From Thermoplasmatota archaeon (GTDB taxonomy: Archaea; Thermoplasmatota; Thermoplasmata; Thermoplasmatales; ARK-15), in assembly GCA_031961585.1 (NCBI GenBank), contig JAVRLJ010000002.1, positions 1 through 38,178 of the forward strand: a stretch of 38,178 bases of DNA. Reading direction: 5' to 3'. The notes beneath the pieces were generated by a model that saw nothing but the letters and a program-made list of their open reading frames with translations, ran no database searches and was not told where the DNA came from. The translations under genes and the position numbers were made by a program. This document shows positions 32,316 through 38,178 of this stretch, piece after piece (position 1 is the first letter of the stretch; every line of letters starts with the position of its first letter).

Positions 32316-33587
32316 TCACATCTCTTTCTTTACCACATCAAGGCATAGACCTGCTGCAATGGTCATTCCCATATCCCTTACGGCAAATCTGCCAAGCTGT
32401 GGAATCTCTGATGATTTCTCAATAACCATCGGTCTTGTTGGTATTACCTTAACTATGGCAACATCACCTGTCTTGATGAAATCCGGCTTCTCAGCCTTTG
32501 TTGCACCTGTCTTTGGATCTAGTGTTTTTATTATTTCACTGATCGTGCAGGCAACCTGTGCAGTATGTGCATGGAAAACAGGAGTATAACCTGGACTAAT
32601 AACTGATGGGTGGTTAAGTACAACAATCTGGGCTGTGAATTCCTGGACAACCGTTGGTGGATTATCCACCTTACCGCAAACGTCTCCCCTCTTAATATCG
32701 TTCTTTGATATTCCTCTCACGTTGAATCCAATGTTATCACCTGGCTCGGCCCTTGGTAATGGCTGGTGATGCATCTCTATGCTTTTCACTTCACCCTTCT
32801 TGTTTGCTGGCATAAATATAACATTATCGTTTACGTTAAGAACGCCCGTCTCAACCCTTCCGACAGGTACCGTTCCAATACCCGTTATTGAATATACATC
32901 CTGAACGGGTATCCTCAATGGTTTGTCAGTGGGTTTCTCAGGCAGTTTGAGTGTATCGAATGCCTCGAGCAATGTTGGACCTGTCCACCACTTCAATTTA
33001 TCACTGCGTTTCACAACATTGTCTCCATAATAAGCGCTTATGGGAACAAAAAGAATATCCTTATATCCAACAACCTTCAGTAACTTCTCCACCTCACCCT
33101 TTACCTGGTTGAATGCATCCTGGCTGTATGGTGGGTTTGTTGCATCCATCTTGTTTATTGCCACAATCATCTGTGGAACACCAAGTGCCCTTGCAAGGTA
33201 AATGTGCTCCCTTGTCTGTTCCTGTACGCCTTCCTTTGCGGATACGACCAATATTGCCGCATCAGCCTGTGATGTCCCTGTTATCATGTTTTTAACAAAG
33301 TCCCTGTGACCTGGTGCATCAATGATTGTAACATAATATTTGTTGGATTCGAAATCCTTGTGGGCAATATCTATTGTAACGCCTCTTTCCCTCTCTTCCT
33401 TGAGCCTGTCCATTACCCATGCAAATTCAAATGTTGCCTTTCCCTTCTCTGCTGCCTCTTTCCTGTACTGTTCAATAACCCTTGAATCAATGGCTCCACT
33501 GTCAAGTAGCAATCTACCCACAGTTGTCGATTTACCGTGGTCAATATGACCGATGAATACCACATTCAAATGGGGCTTGTTTACCAT
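32316..33587 (-). CDS. tuf: Translation elongation factor EF-1alpha
   Basis: [21 protein letters not shown] and strong overall similarity to Thermoplasma EF-1alpha as I recall it. A GGAGGT SD precedes the ATG. Confidence 0.98.
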   Translation of the reverse strand: MVNKPHLNVVFIGHIDHGKSTTVGRLLLDSGAIDSRVIEQYRKEAAEKGKATFEFAWVMDRLKEERERGVTIDIAHKDFESNKYYVTIIDAPGHRDFVKNMITGTSQADAAILVVSAKEGVQEQTREHIYLARALGVPQMIVAINKMDATNPPYSQDAFNQVKGEVEKLLKVVGYKDILFVPISAYYGDNVVKRSDKLKWWTGPTLLEAFDTLKLPEKPTDKPLRIPVQDVYSITGIGTVPVGRVETGVLNVNDNVIFMPANKKGEVKSIEMHHQPLPRAEPGDNIGFNVRGISKNDIKRGDVCGKVDNPPTVVQEFTAQIVVLNHPSVISPGYTPVFHAHTAQVACTISEIIKTLDPKTGATKAEKPDFIKTGDVAIVKVIPTRPMVIEKSSEIPQLGRFAVRDMGMTIAAGLCLDVVKKEM

Positions 33588-33641
33588 ATTTTTACCTCCA
33601 AACCAATATTAAATTGTTTCAAAATCCATATACTGTGCACA

Positions 33642-33649
33642 TATATATA
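33642..33649 (-). promoter_or_regulatory. Candidate internal TATA box (GGTATATATATG) for tuf-rps10
   Basis: TATATATA lies about 58 nt upstream of the tuf ATG and only a few nt after the fusA stop. It is nearly identical to the box upstream of rps12. Confidence 0.4.
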
Positions 33650-33654
33650 CCTTT

Positions 33655-35859
33655 TCAAAGACCTGCATAATATGATTCATCATATGGTTCTGGTTTAAGA
33701 CCTTTCCTTTCTCTGATCTTCCTTACAACCTCATCCTGAAGTTCCCTTGGTACCCTCTCATATCCTGCGTTTTCAGTTGACCATAGAACCCTTCCGCTTG
33801 TTGCAGACCTGATTGCAGATGCAAATCCAAATAATTCTGCTACTGGTGCTTTCGCTATAATGGTTGTCTGATATTCCTCCTGTTCTATGCTGAGTATAAC
33901 TCCTCTTCTCTGCTGCAGTTCTCTTGTTACATTACCTACCTCCTCAGTTGGTACGCTTATGTAAACGTTCTGTATGGGTTCAAGAAGTATCCTTTCTCCC
34001 TGGCATATTGCACCGTAAATTGCGTTCCTTACAGCGGGTATTACCTGTGCAGGACCCCTGTGTATGCTATCCTCATGTAACTTTGCATCAACAAGCTTCA
34101 CCTTGACACCATAAAGTTTTTCGTTTGCAAGCGGACCTTTATCAACAGCCTCGAGAAATGCCTGCTTAATAAGTTCCATGGTTTCGTTCAGGTACTGAAT
34201 ACCCCATGTCATGTCAAGGAGCATGTTTGGTCCCTTTATTGCCTCAACCCTTTTAGCCTCCTCATGATCCATTCCAAGTTCCTCAAGTTTTTTGGATAAT
34301 GTTTTCTTATCCTTGAATCTATCCCCCTGCTGTACTTCACCCGAAAGTATTCCCTGAACAACCTTTTCTTCAAGCGGCTCAACAACTATGTAAAATCTGT
34401 TGTGCTTGTTGGGTGATTTACCCTCGAATGGACCTCCCTTATGGTCTATTGTTTCCCTGTATACAACAAGTGGTTCCGATGTTTCTATTTCAACCTTGTA
34501 ATCATTAACTATCCTGTAAATTGTTACTTCAAGGTGTAGCTCACCCATACCAGATATCAAATGCTCCCCTGTTTCCTGGTTGATTTCAACCTGAATTGAT
34601 GGATCTGCCTTGGCTATGAGTCTCAGAACCTCTATCAACTTTGGAAGATCCTTTGTATGCTTTGCCTCAATCGCCATTGTGACAACAGGATCAGAATAGT
34701 GTTTCATCGGTTCGAATGGCTCCATGTTTTTAAGTGATGAAACCGTGGAACCTGCAATTGCATCCTTTAAACCAACAACAGCAACAATATTTCCTGCCTT
34801 TATTTCATCAACAGGGATTCTATCCGGTCCAACCATCATTGCAAGCTGCTGGACCCTGTATGTTCTATCACCCATGTCCGATATATATAATTCATCACCC
34901 TTCCTTATTGTTCCTGAATATAATCTTCCAACAGCTATTTCTCCGGCATGCTGATCAACAATTATCTTTGTTACCATTAAAACCGTTGGACCCTTTGGAT
35001 CAGCGTTCAGCATTGCCTTTCCCACATCGGAGTTAAGATCACCCTTCCATATCTGTGGTATCCTGTATTTTTGAGCCTCGACTGGATTTGGTATATGATG
35101 AACTATCATATCAAGAACAACCTTATGTAAAGGACTCTTCTTAGCAAGTGTTGCCTGATCACCCTTCTGGAGGTAATCGTAAACATCCTTGAACGTTATT
35201 CCAAACTTCTGCATTGATGAAACGCTTAGGGCCCATTTATTGTATGCTGAACCAAAAGCAACTGTCCCCTTTTCCACCTTAACAGTCCAGGCATCCTTGA
35301 ATTCTGGTGGCGCATAAAGTTTTATTAACCTGTTTACATCGGTTATTATTTTTCCAAACCTTTTCTGCATTTCATCGGCCGATAGTTTAAGCTCATTTAT
35401 CAACCTATCAACCTTATTTATGAATAAAACCGGCTTTACCTTTTCTCTCATCGCCTGTCTTAGGACCGTTTCCGTCTGAGGCATAACACCCTCTACACTG
35501 TCAACAACAAGGATTGCGCCATCAAGTGCCCTCAATGCCCTTGTAACATCACCACCAAAATCAACATGACCGGGCGTGTCAATGAGGTTTATTAAATATT
35601 CAACACCATCCACCTCATGAACCATGGATGCAGCGGCTGCGTTTATTGTTATACCCCTTGCCTGTTCCTGTTCATCATAGTCAAGGACAAGCTGCTTTCC
35701 AGCCAGTTCTTCACTCATCATTCCCGCTCCCGCAATAAGGTTATCGCTGAGCGTTGTTTTACCATGATCAATGTGCGCTATTGTACCGATGTTTCTTATC
35801 TTTGTTATATCCTCCATGATCCTTGTTGCCTTTTTAATATTCTCCTCTTTCCTTCCCAA
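33655..35859 (-). CDS. fusA: Translation elongation factor EF-2
   Basis: AHIDHGKTTLSD, DTPGHVDF, NKVDR and the full five-domain length (734 aa). It has a TTG start (see findings). Confidence 0.98.
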   Translation of the reverse strand: MGRKEENIKKATRIMEDITKIRNIGTIAHIDHGKTTLSDNLIAGAGMMSEELAGKQLVLDYDEQEQARGITINAAAASMVHEVDGVEYLINLIDTPGHVDFGGDVTRALRALDGAILVVDSVEGVMPQTETVLRQAMREKVKPVLFINKVDRLINELKLSADEMQKRFGKIITDVNRLIKLYAPPEFKDAWTVKVEKGTVAFGSAYNKWALSVSSMQKFGITFKDVYDYLQKGDQATLAKKSPLHKVVLDMIVHHIPNPVEAQKYRIPQIWKGDLNSDVGKAMLNADPKGPTVLMVTKIIVDQHAGEIAVGRLYSGTIRKGDELYISDMGDRTYRVQQLAMMVGPDRIPVDEIKAGNIVAVVGLKDAIAGSTVSSLKNMEPFEPMKHYSDPVVTMAIEAKHTKDLPKLIEVLRLIAKADPSIQVEINQETGEHLISGMGELHLEVTIYRIVNDYKVEIETSEPLVVYRETIDHKGGPFEGKSPNKHNRFYIVVEPLEEKVVQGILSGEVQQGDRFKDKKTLSKKLEELGMDHEEAKRVEAIKGPNMLLDMTWGIQYLNETMELIKQAFLEAVDKGPLANEKLYGVKVKLVDAKLHEDSIHRGPAQVIPAVRNAIYGAICQGERILLEPIQNVYISVPTEEVGNVTRELQQRRGVILSIEQEEYQTTIIAKAPVAELFGFASAIRSATSGRVLWSTENAGYERVPRELQDEVVRKIRERKGLKPEPYDESYYAGL

Positions 35860-35865
35860 CTTTCA

Positions 35866-36441
35866 TCACCTTGCGGATGCTGCAATTCTTTCAACTTCTT
35901 CCTTCTTTGAAATGGCAAAACTTGATAGATCGTAGTTTGCTGCCTTTATTATTTCTTCAGCAAGACATTCATAGATGGGTTTCGGATTCCTGAATGAACA
36001 CTGTGTTGCTCCAAGGGCAATGTTTCTCAGGGCAACATCAAGCCTTCTTGATGCCGAAACATCCACCGCCTTTGGTACTGCCACACCTCCCATCTTCAAC
36101 CTTGTTACCTCTTCCCTTGGTGCAGCATTTTCAAGTGCATTGACAAAAACCTGAAGTGGATTCTTCTTGGTTCTCTCATATATTATATCAAAGGCCTTTG
36201 AAACAACCCTGTAGGCACTTAGCTTTTTTCCCGTGTATTTTTCAGTTCTCATCATATTGTTGATTAACCTTTCAACTATGTTCATATCCTTTTTGCCAAG
36301 GTGCCTCCTTCCATGAACTCCATGCGTGTGAAAAACAATCCTTGGCTTTAAATTCAAATATTTAACAAGACTGGGATCCTTCACAACAACCTCATCGGGA
36401 TCATATTTACCGAAAACAAGTATTTTATCCATAAAATTCAC
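35866..36441 (-). CDS. rps7: 30S ribosomal protein S7
   Basis: An S7 pattern throughout (...[18 protein letters not shown]...) between rps12 and fusA. The track start is GTG, overlapping the rps12 stop; ATG at 36432 is an alternative. Confidence 0.95.
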   Translation of the reverse strand: MNFMDKILVFGKYDPDEVVVKDPSLVKYLNLKPRIVFHTHGVHGRRHLGKKDMNIVERLINNMMRTEKYTGKKLSAYRVVSKAFDIIYERTKKNPLQVFVNALENAAPREEVTRLKMGGVAVPKAVDVSASRRLDVALRNIALGATQCSFRNPKPIYECLAEEIIKAANYDLSSFAISKKEEVERIAASAR

Positions 36442-36866
36442 CTTACGGGCTTCTCCTTTCTTCCCCTAACAAGTTCTTTTAAGGAAATTCCATTTACCTT
36501 TGTCACTTTGTACCTCACACCTGGAATATCACCCTTTGACCTGCCAAGTCTTCCACCAATGCCCTCTATTATTACCTCATCATGTTCATCTATGAAGTTA
36601 ATTGCACCGTCACCGGGTGCAAAGGCTGTAACAACCTTACCATTTTTAACAAGCTGAACCTTTACAGCCTTTCTTATTGCTGAGTTTGGTTGCTTTGCCT
36701 CAATACCTATCTTTTCAAGAACAATTCCTCTGCCCTGCGGAGCTCCCTCTAATGGATCGCTCTTTTCCTTCAGCTTCAGTACCCTTTTCTTGTAGTACCT
36801 ATCGCTCCATCTGAGTTTCTGTCGTTCCTTTTTTAGTTTTTTAGCAGTATATAATCCATTCGCCAA
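36438..36866 (-). CDS. rps12: 30S ribosomal protein S12
   Basis: ...[36 protein letters not shown]...[18 protein letters not shown].... It has a TTG start (see findings). Confidence 0.95.
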   Translation of the reverse strand: MANGLYTAKKLKKERQKLRWSDRYYKKRVLKLKEKSDPLEGAPQGRGIVLEKIGIEAKQPNSAIRKAVKVQLVKNGKVVTAFAPGDGAINFIDEHDEVIIEGIGGRLGRSKGDIPGVRYKVTKVNGISLKELVRGRKEKPVR

Positions 36867-36915
36867 TTTACATCACCATTTCCCTAATTTGGATTAAAAC
36901 TTTAATTAACAACAG

Positions 36916-36925
36916 GTATATATAC
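36916..36925 (-). promoter_or_regulatory. Candidate TATA box (palindromic GTATATATAC) for the rps12 operon
   Basis: It is centred about 54 nt upstream of the rps12 start, which leaves a leader of roughly 28 nt containing GGTGAT. Confidence 0.45.
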
Positions 36926-36940
36926 TCTATGTTAAAAAGT

Positions 36941-37192
36941 TTAATCTTCACTCTTCTTTTCCTCTTCTTCACCCACAGTCTCTAACTGAAAATGAACGTA
37001 CATGCCCCTTAGTGTTTCATGAATCTTGTCGGCAAACCATATAGCATCCTCGACGGTTGCATTGTTTCCCCAGTCATAAACGAAATCGTACCAGCCGGTT
37101 ATTGGCTTGAAACCAAGACCCTCAAGGATACTAACTATTTCTGAAGGCTTGCTTCCCTCGCTATAGAATGTTATTTTCAGATAGGTTTTCAT
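36941..37192 (-). CDS. Hypothetical small protein with acidic C-terminal tail
   Basis: ORF MKTYLKITFYSEGSKP...GEEEEKKSED. The track start is TTG 37201; ATG 37192 is preferred, with a TTTTTATATAT box roughly 35 nt upstream (near-leaderless). I recognise no family. Confidence 0.5.
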   Translation of the reverse strand: MKTYLKITFYSEGSKPSEIVSILEGLGFKPITGWYDFVYDWGNNATVEDAIWFADKIHETLRGMYVHFQLETVGEEEEKKSED

Positions 37193-37239
37193 TTTACTCA
37201 AAATGAGGCAATACCTGATGATATATAAAAATTACTTTT

Positions 37240-37764
37240 TCAGAATTTAAAAAGTATGCCCAGGATAGAATTTGTTTTTGAATATTTTTCAGGATCCTTT
37301 TTAACACCATTAAGGTAGGCGTATTCCGTTTTGAGCGAGACGTAATGCCCATGTTCCATCTGTTCCAGGTATCTGAATGTGTTCTTCACGTATCCTTCCT
37401 TTGAATTTTTTCTAAGATATCTATACAATAATTCTGCCCTTCTTTCACAGCCCATTGCTATTTCAACCACCTCTATCAAAGTGGATACATCATTAAATTT
37501 TTTCACCATACTTTTTGAACATTCAATCTCTATCCTTTTTCCTGGTTTTTTAATTTCCTTCTTATGAAAAATTTCAAAATATATTGATTCAACAATTTTT
37601 TTATGTGATTTCTCCTGTTCTGAAAGGAAAAGGAATTTATTCTTTGTGATTCCATCGGGTAATCTTTTTGCAATTTCAGAATAGAATTCACTTGAATCCT
37701 CTTCAGAAAGAACAGCATTTGCTATTATGTCCTCAAAGTCCATTCCCTCAAGATCAAATTCCAT
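37240..37764 (-). CDS. Ferritin-like / rubrerythrin-type diiron four-helix-bundle protein
   Basis: Two E...ExxH half-sites: EEDSSEFY ... EQEKSH and CERRAELLY ... EQMEHGH. Confidence 0.7.
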   Translation of the reverse strand: MEFDLEGMDFEDIIANAVLSEEDSSEFYSEIAKRLPDGITKNKFLFLSEQEKSHKKIVESIYFEIFHKKEIKKPGKRIEIECSKSMVKKFNDVSTLIEVVEIAMGCERRAELLYRYLRKNSKEGYVKNTFRYLEQMEHGHYVSLKTEYAYLNGVKKDPEKYSKTNSILGILFKF

Positions 37765-37851
37765 GATTTAACATGCAAAACATAATATTTACTCTTTTTG
37801 TTTAAAAATCCAAATGAAAGATTTTTATTTTACTTTCATGTTAAATGCTTT

Positions 37852-38178
37852 ATGGCAAACAAACTTCTTGTTATAATAACCGCAGGAGAAAATGAGATTG
37901 AAAAATTCAGATCAGCAATGAGCATCTCAATGAACATAAAGAAAAAGTCCTACATGGATGATGTTAAGGTAGTGTTCTTTGGACCCAGTGAAAATCTCCT
38001 TGCATCCGATAATGCTGAAATATTGAATCTTTTTAAGGATTTGAAAAACACCGGGATTGAAATTTTTGCATGCAAAAATGTGAGCGATAAATTTTCAATA
38101 ACACCCAAACTTATTGACCTTGGATTAAACGTTACATTGATTGGGAAAATTGTAACCGACCTTTTGAAGGAGGGGTAC
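37852..38178 (+). CDS. DsrE/DsrF-like family protein, 5' partial (runs off the right edge)
   Basis: My own translation from ATG 37852 gives MANKLLVIITAGENEIEKFRSAMSISMNIKKKSYMDDVKVVFFGPSENLLAS...FACKNVSDKF...; it stays open to the window end. The Rossmann-like pattern resembles DsrE-fold proteins. Confidence 0.5.
   Translation, partial: MANKLLVIITAGENEIEKFRSAMSISMNIKKKSYMDDVKVVFFGPSENLLASDNAEILNLFKDLKNTGIEIFACKNVSDKFSITPKLIDLGLNVTLIGKIVTDLLKEGY

Noticed and set aside
37202-37239. A possible C/D-box sRNA (CTGATGA at about 37215). Other TGATGA occurrences include 6210 and 29350.
   Set aside because: No properly spaced D box (CTGA) or terminal stem accompanies any of them. Most lie inside coding sequence, and the intergenic ones are too short.

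Overview
The window is a gene-dense, AT-rich archaeal chromosome segment. It looks like a Thermoplasmata-type euryarchaeon: RpoB is unsplit, a bacterial-type grpE-dnaK-dnaJ locus is present, and EF-1alpha and EF-2 are Thermoplasma-like as far as I recall those sequences. Most of the content is core information processing. One block is the RNA polymerase unit rpoH-rpoB-rpoA'-rpoA''-rpl30e-nusA (14626 to 5769, minus strand), with a tRNA-Lys directly upstream. A second block is rps12-rps7-fusA-tuf-rps10 (36866 to 31992, minus strand). The roughly 17 kb between them holds tRNA-Leu, a membrane and transport cluster (MFS, amino-acid permease fused to tandem USP domains, MscS), a tRNA-maturation neighbourhood (Rpp21, Trm56-HD, Pcc1, MtaB-like), gcvPA/gcvPB, an AsnRS-like asparagine synthetase paralog, a PHP phosphoesterase and a wHTH plus radical SAM pair. 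I saw no CRISPR array, IS element, integrase, prophage or recognisable defence island, and no intergenic gap longer than about 190 nt. I therefore cannot point to a clear-cut new system. The best candidates for follow-up are unusual domain fusions and tight operons: a ModE-HTH-Nudix fusion, a Trm56-HD fusion inside a four-gene wHTH-membrane-Trm56HD-Hjc-like unit, and a wHTH plus B12-like radical SAM pair. Expression-architecture oddities are also worth a look. tRNAs abut rpoH and an MFS gene with no room for separate promoters. rps12 and fusA have forced TTG starts. RpoA'' has an extra N-terminal segment of roughly 115 aa. Six of seven convergent gene pairs overlap at their 3' ends. All functional calls come from reading the translated ORFs for motifs; no database search was run.
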